NCBI RefSeq assembly: GCF_006345805.1
Contig: NC_042999.1
Coordinates: 68,448,001 to 68,512,000, forward strand
Direction: 5' to 3'
DNA length: 64,000 nucleotides
DNA from: Octopus sinensis
Lineage: Eukaryota
Below, in pieces: positions 26,801 through 39,960 of this stretch. The stretch's first letter is position 1, and the number at the start of each line of letters is the position of its first letter. The translations under genes and the position numbers were made by a program. The notes beneath the pieces were generated by a model. It worked only from the letters and a program-made list of their open reading frames with translations. It was not told the DNA's origin and ran no database searches.

Positions 26801-27687
26801 TGAATAATTCATGAGCGTTATCTTCAAGTTTATTTTAAACAAAAAAAGACTACAATAAACTAATCAATAATATACTCTCCGTTTTTTGTTCACCACTTCC
26901 TCCCCTCATTCAATAAGTTTTTCGTTGGTTTGGCAATAGAAATGTCCAGTTCTTGACTCAAAAACTTCGTCCAACCAAGCCGTCAATTCTACATCATTAT
27001 TGAACGATACGCTACGCAAAGCGTTCGAAAGAGATGAAAATTTGATGGCGCCTAGTCTGGGGAATATGGAGGATGAGGCAACTCTTTCCTTTTGAGTTCT
27101 TGAATCGCGGCTTTGGTCATATTGACGATGTGATGACGGGTGTTGTCGTGTTGCAGAAGAATGCTATTTCGCCTTTTCGGTCTTTTTTGCTAAATTGTTT
27201 CGTTGAGTCGGTGCGGTTGTTGAACGTAGTGCTCCACATTGAGTGTTTGGTTGCACTCAAGCAGTTCGTAATGAATTATGCCTTCCCAGTCCCACCATAC
27301 ACATAACATAGTCAGCCGATGTGTGACTGGTCCTTGAGGTCAAAATTCCCATTTTTGAAGCGCAAAAATTAACGGCGGGTGGTACTTTGATGCATTGTTC
27401 CTTCTCCATTTATGGCACAAATTTCACGAGCAGCCTCGGTGCCCTTAACACCTCAATGAAATGCAAAAATCAAATGGTATTAAAAATACTCAGTTTTGTC
27501 CACCTGACACCTATTTTAATGATCTGAAAACACACTTAAATCAATAAAATTTAGAAATCAAAACACACTATCTTGTAGAGCCAAAAATGCTCTTTTAAAT
27601 ATCATAAAACATTACGTTTTATTTCTGCGTGCATTTTTAAATTTGAGAAAAAAAGAAAACGCTAATGAATTATTCCTCAACCCAATA
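26801..27687 (-). mobile_element. Decayed, internally deleted mariner (DD34D) transposon
   Basis: Minus-strand translation CVWWDWEGIIHYELL, LQHDNTRHH, HPPYSPD*APSNFHLF, and N-terminal EAAREIC...RFKNGNFDLKD; TIR TATTGGGTTGAGGAATAATTCATTAGCG at right, truncated counterpart GAATAATTCATGAGCG at left. Confidence 0.9.
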
Positions 27688-27822
27688 TTTTATAAACTTA
27701 AAACAGCACAAATGCAAGAGTACAGAGCTTCACATTACATTTTATAACATGTTAGTGTCAGTTGTAATACAATCTTTAAAAATCAAGAAAGGAAAATTAA
27801 CTAAAAGCTAAATATATCTATA

Positions 27823-28170
27823 ATCTCTCTATATATAAACGGCAAAATGTTTGTGTGTGTATGTGTATGTGTGTTACCTTTATACAAATCCACAATTTTT
27901 CAGTTAGAGGGCTCGCACTTTCTATGGTCATTCAAAACCGTCCAAGGGTGATCGTGCACATCTTTACATTTCCCCAATCACTCCACAAAGCCATTAAAAA
28001 ATCAATAGAAGTGACTTTTTTGTGAATTTTCTATCCAAAACCTAATCAAAATGCCCGAAACTTGATAGGCCAATTGAATGCCAGCTAGCTATATGTGATT
28101 GGTCGGAGATTTGGACAATACTCGCGTGTATGTGCGCAAGCACGCAGCTGTATATGCATGCTCTAGCACT
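27823..28170 (+). mobile_element. Helitron-like element 5' part
   Basis: Starts A|TCTCTCTATATATAAACGGCA, like the 5' end of 7655-8036; no clear 3' hairpin. Confidence 0.5.
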
Positions 28171-28414
28171 ATGATATATGTGTATTTATTTGTTAATCCG
28201 CTGAATGAATAAGACAATGTTAAAGATTTGTATAAGTTAAAATGTAGTCTATTTAAAACTCAGTATAAAAGATATAATTCACAGCTTGCAAACATAATAG
28301 AGTCTGTTTCATGGACTCCTCTGAGAATTTAGGATCAACAGTTTCTATGAATATTTAGGTTCAATAAAGAACTTATACAACTAAAAACATATGCAACTTC
28401 AGTTACTCTTTTAT

Positions 28415-28790
28415 TCTTTTACTTGTTTCAGTCATTTGATCGACCCAGGACTTATTCTTTATAAGTCTAGTACTTATTTTATCGGTCGCTTTCGCCGAAC
28501 CGCTAAGTTACGGGAGCGTAAACGCACCATCATCGGTTGTCAAGCGATGTTGGGAGGACAAACACAGACACACAAACATACACACATACATACATACATA
28601 CGTACATACATACATATCCACGACGGGCTTCTTTCAGTTTCCGTCTACCAAATCCACTCACAAGGCTTTGGTCTGCCCGAAGCTATAGTAGAAGACACTT
28701 GCACAAGGTGTCACGCAGTGGGACTGAACACGGAACCATGTGGTTGGTAAGCAAGCTACTTACCACTCAGCCATTCCTACGCCACTCCTG
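28415..28790 (-). mobile_element. SINE family A
   Basis: Family match. Confidence 0.9.
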
Positions 28791-29907
28791 TTGCTCATTA
28801 TCGGACAAAAAATATTTTACATAATCAAATAGACTTTAGCACATGAAGTAGAAATTTTTAGAATTTCGCAATAAATAAATAAAAAAAGATTAATATGTGA
28901 ATTCTATGCATATATTTCGTTTTAATTCCTGAATTTCAAATTCGAATTTCTAATCCCACAAAATATTACGAAGAAATGATTATCTCCCTTGTAATAGCTG
29001 CGACCATTAGGGGAGTCACACGTGTTTGAATTATGTACTGAATTTTATTGCAATTTGCCTCCGAATTCTAGGAATGTACCAGAAATTCATTTATTTCGAA
29101 CCTTTATAAAAAGCTTGGTAAGAGAGAGAAAAAAAAAACTAAAACAATACCTACCAAGCAATTTCTCCAAAACTAGCTTAACACAAAACCGTAAATTACA
29201 ATTTTCAGAAAATTTCTATCTCTTTCAAAATTGTTCTTTTTGTCCGAACCAAAATGGCCATATCAAATTATATCTCATCAATCGTTAATAATTATAAAGT
29301 GAACTGCTCTGCTGTGAGGAGTTGTTGATTTAATTAGTCATATTTTCTGGTTGGTAACTTAATTTTAGTTACCCTGAAAAGTTAAAAGGCAAAGTTGACT
29401 ATGGTGATATTTGAACCCAAAATATAAAGAAACGGTAAACAATCCGGATGGCACTAATAGATTTTCTAGTCCATCGCCCTAAATAATATTTGATTTAGGG
29501 TCATGATCAGCAATTTTGGGAGGAGAAGCTTATTCGATGCTATTGATCCAGTACTGAGTGGTACTTTAATTTATCGACCTCGGAGAGATAAAGGCCAAGT
29601 AGGCCACAGTGGGATTTGAACACAGAACATAAAGTGCCAGAAACATTACTGCTGCAAGACATTTTTCTGCCGATAACAGCAACAACAACAAACAATGACA
29701 ACAATTTTAAGAATATTCTTTTCTACAACTGGCATAGAGAAACAAGGAATGATGTAACATTAAAATCCAAATTATTTTGTTATATTTTAAATCTACGAAA
29801 GGTAAAGTTGCTCTCAGGGTTGCCTGAAGTCAGAACGTAAAGTGACAATGATACAAGCTTTGGTGGTGACAAGTGTCGGATATATATATATATATATATA
29901 TATCTCA

Positions 29908-30181
29908 CGTGATCACCAGACAATCAGATGTTGCTACACATCGCTGGTCACAATGAGCTTAGCATTGTTTTAGCCTTCAAATGACTCCCCCCCCCGCTTC
30001 CTAAGCAAGCAGACCAACAGAAGAAAGAGTGAGAGAAAGGTGTGGTGAAAGAGTACAGCAGGAATCACCTCCAACCCCTCCTGGAGCCTCGTGGAGCTTT
30101 AGGTGTTTTTTCTCAATAAACACTCAATAAACGCCCGGTCTGGGACTCGAAACCACTGCCTTAACCACTGGCCCATTGCGC

Positions 30182-30184
<3 letters not shown>
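29908..30184 (-). mobile_element. SINE with family C head and a different 3' part
   Basis: Shares head and GGAGCCTCGTGGAGCTTTAGGTG core; distinct tail. Confidence 0.75.
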
Positions 30185-30247
<63 letters not shown>

Positions 30248-30444
30248 GTTATATTATATATATGCTAAATCTTGACTGGCAATTTTATCGACCTCCGACT
30301 GGTAGAATGAAAAGTTCAAAGGCTAAGTCATTCAGCTGGATTTAAGCTCAGAACACATAAACGGACATAACTAAATACCACATTGCATTTAGTTCGAATT
30401 CTTGATAATTTACAAATCTATTGCGTTTTTAAAATACTACTATT

Positions 30445-30819
30445 ATAATCCTTTCTACTATAGGCACAAGGCCTGGACTTTGTGGGGAGGGGGACAGTCG
30501 ATCACATCGACCACAGTGTTTCACTGGTACTTTAATTTATCGACCTCGACGGAATTTGAACTGAGAACGTAACGGTAGATGAAATACCTATTTCTTTACT
30601 ACCCACAAGGGGCTAAACACAGAGAGGACAAACAAGGACAGACAAATGGATTAAGTCAATTATATCGAACCTAGTGCGTGACTGGTACTTATTTAATCGA
30701 CTACGAAAGGATGAAAGGCAAAGTCGACCTCGACGGAATTTGAACTCAGAACGTAGCGGCAGACGAAATACGGCTACGCATTTCGCTCGGCGTGCTAAAG
30801 ATTCTGCCAGCTCGCTGCC

Positions 30820-30822
<3 letters not shown>
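30445..30822 (-). mobile_element. SINE family B with internal duplication
   Basis: Same dimer structure as 13264-13840, in reverse orientation. Confidence 0.85.
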
Positions 30823-30864
<42 letters not shown>

Positions 30865-31759
30865 CATGTGCCTGATGTACCCTTATCAGACGGGTAGTCA
30901 TGATGGGTATATTGGGATTCGTATATATTACCCCAGTGTCACTTTGATGGTATGCACTGCTCTCTCACTCAATAATAATAATAATTATTATTATTATTTC
31001 TAATATAGGCATAATGCCTATAGGATGGATTAGTCGTTTACATCGACTCCAGTGCTAAAATGGTAATTATTTAATCGACCCCGAAAAAATAAAAACCAAA
31101 GTCGATCAGGGCGGAATCTAAACTCAGAACATAAAGCCGAAAGAAATACTGCCAAACATCGTGACCGCTTTGATAAAAATGAATACATTTTTCTTACATA
31201 TGCACAAGATCAGGAATCTTGGAGAAGGTGTTGACGACTGTATGGATCTTAGTACCTGTCTAGTACTTTGTTTTATTGACAAGCAGAAAGCTGAAAGACG
31301 CAGCTGATCGTGGCGGGAACTAAATACCTCTAAGATATTTTGATCTGTCGCTGAAACAGTTCCTCCGTTCCATGAACCTTAATTGTTTCTAACATAAGCA
31401 CAATGTCTGAAATTTGATGGGAAGATGTTAGTCGATAAACAAAATCAAGCCCAGTGCGTAATTGGCATTCTATTTTATCGACTCTGGAGAGATGAAACCG
31501 AGTTCAAATCCCAGAGGGATTTAAATTTAGGCTGAGAAAAGGCAAGCTCTAACGATTCTGCCACTCCACTGCCTGACAATATATTTAATCTTTTATCTTT
31601 TACTTGTTTCAGTCATTAGATTGCGGCCATACTGGGGTACTAAATCTGAAGAATTTTACCAGGTTTTAAAAAAGAAGTGCTTTTTAAAAACCTGGTACTT
31701 ATTCTATAGAACTCACCAGCAACGGTTGTCAAGCGGTGGTGAGGTACAAACATACACGA

Positions 31760-32012
31760 GCTGCGTGTTGTGTTCTTGAGCAAGACACCTTATTTCATGT
31801 TGCTCCAGTTCACTCAGCTGTAGAAATGAGTTGCGACGTCACTGGTGCCAAACTGTATCGGCAATTTGCCTTTCCCTTGGATAACATCGGTGGCGTGGAG
31901 AGGGGAGGCCGGTATGCATGGGCGACTGCTGGACTTCCATAAACAACTTTGCGCGGACTCGGAGGGTAACTTCTAGGTGCAATCCCATGGTCATCTATGG
32001 CGAAGGAGGTCG

Positions 32013-32015
<3 letters not shown>
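31760..32015 (+). mobile_element. SINE (family C-type core), 5' truncated
   Basis: GTTCTTGAGCAAGACAC...GCTCCAGTTCACTCAGCTG core; matches 55735-56075. Confidence 0.75.
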
Positions 32016-32056
<41 letters not shown>

Positions 32057-32440
32057 TATATATATATATATGGGGAGAAGTTAATCGATAAAAATCATCT
32101 CCAGTGCTTGTCAATAACACAAAATAATAATCAGATCGATACAATTGTTAACACCTCCAAGATTTCTGATTTTATGCAAATGTAAAAAAGAATGTCTTAT
32201 TTTTATCAGAAACTATTAAAGGATTAAAGGATAATCCATTTTAACATCTAATCTGCTTCATTTAATTTATTTGATGAAATTTATAGAACTTTGTTTAATA
32301 AATTAAGCCTTATATTAATTATTTGTTTACATACAATCATACCTATACGATTAAAAAATCTATAAATGAAATATGATTAAAAGGAATTAGAAATCTATGG
32401 AAAAATTCTTATTAAAGGACGAAGATATATTCATATGGAT

Positions 32441-32484
<44 letters not shown>

Positions 32485-32825
32485 TATATATATATATATT
32501 ATAGCACGTATATTTTCGGTGCTACTTACTACATAAATATGCATTAATTTCAGCACCCTCACTGAAAAAGTACGGATGGCAAATTAATTTATTTTGCACA
32601 TTAATTCAGAAACTCGAGTTTGAGGGTAACTACAAAATTTTTTTTTTTCATTCCCCTTGAAATTGGTCTTATTCGTGATTTGAGCTTTAACTGCCCTTTC
32701 TAGCGTGTAAGGTGTCCTGTCAAAGGTCAGCTCATTCGTGTAAAAATTCATAAATTGTTTATGCACCATATCCATATATATATATATATATATATATAGG
32801 TCAAAAACAGTTTGATTCAAATTCG

Positions 32826-32868
32826 TTGGTACTCCGAGTTTCAAAGCGTGATGCTAATCCTCAGCCAT
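32826..32868 (-). ncRNA. Minimal type I hammerhead ribozyme motif
   Basis: Minus strand TGG-CTGAGGA-TTAGC-ATCAC-GCTTT-GAAAC-TCGGA-GTA-CCA; overlaps a 28-bp-arm inverted repeat (32840-32904). Confidence 0.6.
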
Positions 32869-33532
32869 TGGAAATCGTGGCTGAGGTTAGTATCACGCTT
32901 TGAATATATATATATATATTATATATATATATATATTAATATATAGATATATATATATATATATTATAGAGAGAGGAGAGAGAGAGAGAGAGAGAGGAGG
33001 GGAAACTGACCAAGAAAAGACGAAGACAGGTGGTGTAGACAACAAACAGATGTATTAGTATAACGCTCGGGAAGTGAAAAAGTCTTTATACGCGAAACAT
33101 TATATATATTAATGTACACATACGAACAACATATACTCATATGTATGTATTATATTATATTAGTATATATATATATAAATATATTATATATATATATATA
33201 TATATACGGGAAGCATTATATATAACAGATTAATGCAAACATTAACTATACTACATACATGTGTCTATGTGTGTACATATACGAACACACATACACTCAT
33301 ATATGTATAATATTATATATATATAATATAATATATATAATATAATTACAAGCAATAAGGGTTTAGCAACGAGTTGCCTTACCACATACCGAATTTAGAA
33401 ATAGCAGTCAAAGGGTTAAGCTATTTCTTCTACTAAAAAGGGAGATCTCAGTAAAAACAGCATTTGGAAGGCAGACACAAACAGGTAAGAGAGAATGAAT
33501 TGACTGCAATCTATCATACATTTTTTTAGTTA

Positions 33533-33646
33533 TCCACGGACGTACGTTTCGAAATCAAGTTTTAAGGAAAGCATAAGAATTAAATATTAAATATTAAATA
33601 ATAAATAATTCTATCTTACCGAAACTTCTTTTCTCTTCAGCGCAGA
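33533..33646 (-). ncRNA. Type I hammerhead ribozyme motif with long stem II
   Basis: Minus strand TCTGCG-CTGAAGA-GAAA...TTTC-GAAAC-GTAC-GTC-CGTGGA. Confidence 0.85.
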
Positions 33647-34131
33647 ATACTATAATCATAAATGATTCTATATTGATTTTGAGATACCAGAAGGCACCAA
33701 CTCACTCAGTATCAGAGCGAGCTAGAATCCGCAACTGGTATCACGAATTCAATTTGTGAAATGAAACGATTGTGTAAACAGCCCCTTCCACCCGCGTGTA
33801 GCCAAAACAAGATGCTGTGGTCATCTACTGAGATAAAAAATGGTATCCGTAATAATGAAGGGTGAATTAATTAATTTGGAAAAAATTATCAATTACACCA
33901 AGTAGTCTTCGGCATGTAAAAGCCTCATTCGAGGAAAAGTAGTAATACTAAGCAATAAGGGTTTAGCAACGAGTGCCTTACCACATACCGAATTTAGAAA
34001 TAGCAGTCAAAGGGTTTATAGCTATTTCTTCTACTAAAAAGGGAGATCTCAGTAAAAACAGCATTTGGAAGGCAGACACAAACAGGTAAGAGAGAATGAA
34101 TTGACTGCAATCTATCATACATTTTTTTAGT

Positions 34132-34245
34132 TCCACGGACGTACGTTTCGAAATCAAGTTTTAAGGAAAGCATAAGAATTAAATATTAAATAGTAAAAAT
34201 TAAATAATTCTATCTTACCGAAACTTCTTTTCTCTTCAGCGCAGA
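34132..34245 (-). ncRNA. Type I hammerhead ribozyme motif with long stem II (second tandem copy)
   Basis: Same core and stems as 33533-33646, offset by 599 nt. Confidence 0.85.
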
Positions 34246-34694
34246 ATACTATAATCATAAATGATTATATATTGAATTTTGAGATACCAGAAGGCACCAG
34301 CTCCACTCAGTATCAGAGCGAGCTAGAATCCGCAACTGGTATCACCGAATTCAATTTGTGAATGAAACGATTGTGTCAACAGCCCCTTCCCACCCTCGTG
34401 TAGCCAAAACAAGATGCTGTGGTCATCTACTGAGATAAAATATGGTTATCCGTAATAATGAAGGGTGAAATTAATTAATTTGGAAAAATTATCAATTACA
34501 CCAAGTAGTCTTCGGCATGTAAAGCCTCATTCGAGGAAAATTTAAGTAATACTAAGCAATAAGGGTTTAGCAACGAGTTGCCTTACCACATACCGAATTT
34601 AGAAATAGCAGTCAAAGGGTTATAGCTATTTCTTCTACTAAAAAGGGAGATCTCAGTAAAAACAGCATTTGGAAATTAATTAATTTCACCCTTC

Positions 34695-34753
<59 letters not shown>

Positions 34754-35269
34754 ATTGCATATATGCACACACAACAGGTTAATGTTTCTGTTAATTTTCT
34801 CACATAAGTTCAAAGCAAGAAACTTTTTTGCTTTTTTTTTAGAAGCGAGAAATCTCTATTCCATTGACTTCCTAATAATAAAATACAAAGACAAAATCGG
34901 CGGGATTTGAACTCAGAACGTAAGAGTACACATCCAAATACCGCAAATAATTCGTTCCTATAACACTACACGCTGCCTTGCCACCACTACTACCACCACC
35001 ACCACTACTACCACCACCACTACTACCACCACCAAGAAACTGTCAATAATCATGATTTATCAGTATACACGTATTGCCTTTACAGTATTATTTTTTTCTC
35101 CTGTTTATTTTATTTTTCAATCTAATATTTTTCTTGGCGATAAGGTAGAGTGGAGTCCTAAGATTTATAAGCTCAGCGGTCTGGAAGATTGGTGTCTCTT
35201 CACTAATCGAAAGACATAAAAGGAAGAAATATATTCGTGTGTACATACGTGCCTAGCTACCTACCTACC

Positions 35270-35398
35270 TGTCTATCATTTGGACGTATGTATGTATAAT
35301 AGCTACTTGCATAGATATATACGCATGAATGTATATACATACAGAATGTAATATATATATATAGTTACACTCACACAAACATAATACACATATATATT

Positions 35399-35443
<45 letters not shown>

Positions 35444-35780
35444 ATAGTATGTATATGTGTATAATATGTATATGTATATATATATATATATAATATGTAT
35501 ATAATATGTATATTATATATATATAATATGTATATATATATATGTGTGTACATACGACTACATACATCTCTATATATATTGCAATATATACACACAATAC
35601 ATAAGTTCACACATATATACGTACATATACATAAACATTCATACACACACACTCATTTATATATACATATATTTATATATATACACACACACATATATAT
35701 ATACACATATACATGCGCATATAAGTACTGTACATTTATACATAAACCTGTCTGTCTTTGTCTCTTTTTTTCTCTCTCTC

Positions 35781-35826
<46 letters not shown>

Positions 35827-35830
35827 GATA
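35270..35830. repeat. TA/CA-rich low-complexity tract
   Basis: Direct inspection. Confidence 0.9.
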
Positions 35831-36544
35831 TTAAACATACAAATGTTAAATACGTTTAATTCATTCTAACTGGTCTAATCCGAGACACATAATCGCAAAA
35901 TTAGCTATAAGAATATAAGGAGCAGTGATATTCGTCTACGCGGTAAATATGGTGTAGAGATAAAACAGCTTAGAAAATCACACAAAGCAAAATATAGGTG
36001 AAATGCCTACACCTGTTAAGTGCCTGTTTCTATGGTTACTTGCTGCACAAGGTTATCGGCTAGTTTCGGAAAGAGTAATGCCAGCCAAACAGCACCCCAC
36101 AAACACAATCGAAGAAACTGACGAGCAATGAATTGAATACATTGAACGAAATTAGTTTTAGACTTGCAAATTTCTTTGTTGAGGTGAGCGACACACCCTA
36201 GAGAGATCAACTGCATACTGACTTCACGCTTACCCTCCTCCCTCTCTCACACACACGCACACACACAAAATCTTAGAGAATTTTAGAATGTAAAAACGGA
36301 GATTTAATAGATCACGGCAGCGTGATAGGGAAAAGATTAAACCTAAAATCAAAACATCAAAGTGTTGCCTTGAAAACGTTTAATAATCCTGATTGTTCGA
36401 GTGAATAGCCTTTAATGATAGGGAGAAAGGTGAATGAAAACTTCTTTTCAATGTTATTTTCTATATGTTGAGGTACATACTATGTGTACGGAAATAGAGG
36501 GGTTATATTTTACATTTTACGAAGGATGATTTCTGTAGCTGCTT

Positions 36545-36942
36545 TGTTTGATTGTTTGTTGAGCGAAGCGGTCTTCATCCCAGAGCTCACAAGATCGCGC
36601 CTCTTGTAGTGGGAGAAGTCCGCAATGAGGTCCTTTGCTATTCGTAAGACCCGCAGAAGAGAAAGCAGGTCAACCCCCGACACCGAGAGCATCGACGGAT
36701 GGATGAATGCGCATCCAGGTTCAGCGGTTGCGTAGGAAGTCGGGGACAAGAAACAGGAAAAAAGAGTGAGAGGAAGTTGGAGCGAAGTAGTACAACAGGA
36801 GTCGCCACCACCCCCTGCCGGAGCCTCGTGGAGCTTTAGGTGTTTTCCCTCAATAAACACACACAACGCCCGGTCTGGGAATCGAAACCGCGATTCTCCG
36901 AACGCGAGTCTGCTGCCCTAACCATGGGGCCATTGCGCCTCC
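36545..36942 (-). mobile_element. SINE family C
   Basis: Near-identical to 17345-17748; TSD-like CTGTAGCTGC on both sides. Confidence 0.9.
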
Positions 36943-37419
36943 TGCTGTAGCTGCATTATTCAGCGTGATTTGTGCAGTTGTTATCAGTTGTTGACGGCAG
37001 TTTTGGATTGTCTAATGTGAATTGCTCGCTTAATCCGTAACTTCTCGACTTTTCAATATGGGGGTTCTGTTGGCAGACTTGCAACCGATGTAAACTGGTC
37101 AAATGTTCCAGTTGACACAAAGATGTTTGCGAGCATAAATGGTCTACCTAGGTGAGTGCACTAAATATAGTAGATGATACAACGGCACCATTGTTCAACA
37201 TTTTCACGTCTGAAATTATTTAATATTCGTCATTGGTCAAAAAGCTCTTTAGAATAAGTGGTGCAGTCAGAACAATGCAGTTACCAACAGAACCACATAT
37301 CGAAATGTTGGGAACATTCAGATTAAGAAGACAATACTCATTCAACGATCCAACAAACTTTCAACAGCTTTATGAATTGCACGAAACATGCTGCTACTAC
37401 CATTACAGGGAGAAAGGGA

Positions 37420-37436
37420 CTATATATATAAAATAT

Positions 37437-37467
<31 letters not shown>

Positions 37468-38040
37468 AATATATATATAAACTAAATAATATATAACTAA
37501 ATAAATATATAATAAATAAATATATATATAAATAATAAATATAATATATATATAATAAATATATTATATATAAATAAATATATATATATATAAATAAATA
37601 TATATATATATAAATAAATATATATATATATAAATAATATATATATATATAAATAAATATATATATATATAAATAATATATATATATATAATAAATATAT
37701 ATATATAATAAATATATATATATATAAATAAATATATATATATATAAATAAATATATATATATATAAATAATATTAATATATATAAATAATATATATATA
37801 TATAATATATATAATATATATAAATAAATATATATAAATATATATATATATATATAAATAAATATATATATATTAAATATATATATAATATAATATAAAA
37901 TATATATATATATATAAATATATATATATATTATAATAATATATATATAAATATATATATATATATAAATATATATATATTATAATAAATATAATATATA
38001 ATAAATATATTATATATAAATATATATTAAATATAAATAT

Positions 38041-38071
<31 letters not shown>

Positions 38072-38193
38072 AAATTATATATATATATAAATTATATATA
38101 TATATAAATATATATATAAATATAAATATATATATAAATATATATATATATATAAATATAATATATATATAAATATATATATATATAATAAAT

Positions 38194-38245
<52 letters not shown>

Positions 38246-38342
38246 AAATATATATATATATAATATATATATAATATAAAATATATATATAATATATAAT
38301 ATATATATATATAAATATATATATAATAAATATATTATAAAT

Positions 38343-38395
<53 letters not shown>

Positions 38396-38986
38396 TAATA
38401 TATATATAAATATATATATAATATAAAAATATATATAAATAAAAATATATATAAATATAAATATATATAAATATATATTAAATATAAAAATATATATATA
38501 TAATAAATATATATATAACTATTATATAAATATATATATAAATATAAATATATATATATATAAATAATATATATAAATAATATATATAAATATAAATATA
38601 TATATAAATATAAATATATATATATATAAATAATATATATAAATTATATATATATAAATATATTATATATATATAAATATATATTATATAAATATATTAT
38701 ATAAAATAATATATATAATATAAATATATTATATATATATATATAATATATATATATATAAAGTATATATATATAAAATAATATAATAAATATATATTAT
38801 ATATATATATAAATAAAATAAATATATATATAAATATATATATATATATAAATATATATAATATATATAAATATATATATATATATAAATATATAATATA
38901 TATATATATAAATATATATATATATAAATATATATATATCTATATAAATATATATATATATATAAAATAAATATATATATAAATAT

Positions 38987-39057
<71 letters not shown>

Positions 39058-39128
39058 AATAAATAGATATATATATATAAATATATATATAATATATAAA
39101 TATATAGTATATATATAAATATATATAG

Positions 39129-39175
<47 letters not shown>

Positions 39176-39266
39176 TATTATATATATATATAAATATATA
39201 TATATATAAAATATATATATATAATATATATAAATATATATAATATATTATACTATATAAATATAT

Positions 39267-39323
<57 letters not shown>

Positions 39324-39398
39324 ACATATATATATATATAAATATATATATATATAATATATATATATATATATAAATATATATATATATAAAATATA

Positions 39399-39429
<31 letters not shown>

Positions 39430-39439
39430 AATATTATAT

Positions 39440-39472
<33 letters not shown>

Positions 39473-39580
39473 ATATATATAATATAAATATATATATATA
39501 TATATAATATATAATATATAAAAAATATATATATATAAAATATATATATATATATATAATATATATATATATATATAAAT

Positions 39581-39623
<43 letters not shown>

Positions 39624-39652
39624 TATATATATAAAATAAATATATATATATA

Positions 39653-39696
<44 letters not shown>

Positions 39697-39726
39697 TAGA
39701 TATATATATATATATATAAATAATAT
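37420..39726. repeat. ~2.3-kb degenerate (TA)n/(TAAA) array
   Basis: Almost purely A/T; runs into the assembly gap. Confidence 0.95.
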
Positions 39727-39826
39727 NNNNNNNNNNNNNNNNNNNNNNNNNNNNNNNNNNNNNNNNNNNNNNNNNNNNNNNNNNNNNNNNNNNNNNNNNN
39801 NNNNNNNNNNNNNNNNNNNNNNNNNN
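39727..39826. other. Assembly gap (100 N)
   Basis: Run of n. Confidence 1.
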
Positions 39827-39960
39827 AACCATAGAATTTTCTCAATAAAGCCAAGAGAAAATGATGTTTTATAAACACATTCTACCAGTATACGAAGTTT
39901 AAAAGTGTTTAGTTACGTGGAAATTATTTAAAAAAACTGCCGTTCAAGCCGAAAAGATCC
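39827..39960. mobile_element. Second copy of the 21026-21444 MITE, cut by the gap
   Basis: Reverse complement of ~21026-21160, ending in TIR ...CCGAAAAGATCC. Confidence 0.85.

Larger units (their letters stand above)
33350..34699 (-). mobile_element. Tandem array (~2.2 copies) of ~600-bp hammerhead-bearing non-coding unit (retrozyme/pseudo-LTR-like)
   Basis: AGCAATAAGGGTTTAGCAACGAG recurs at ~33351, ~33951 and ~34555; one HHR per full unit; short inverted segment at 34674-34699; flanked by (TA)n. Confidence 0.85.

Noticed and set aside
38940-39878. 312-aa ORF
   Set aside because: Runs through the N gap and the (TA)n array
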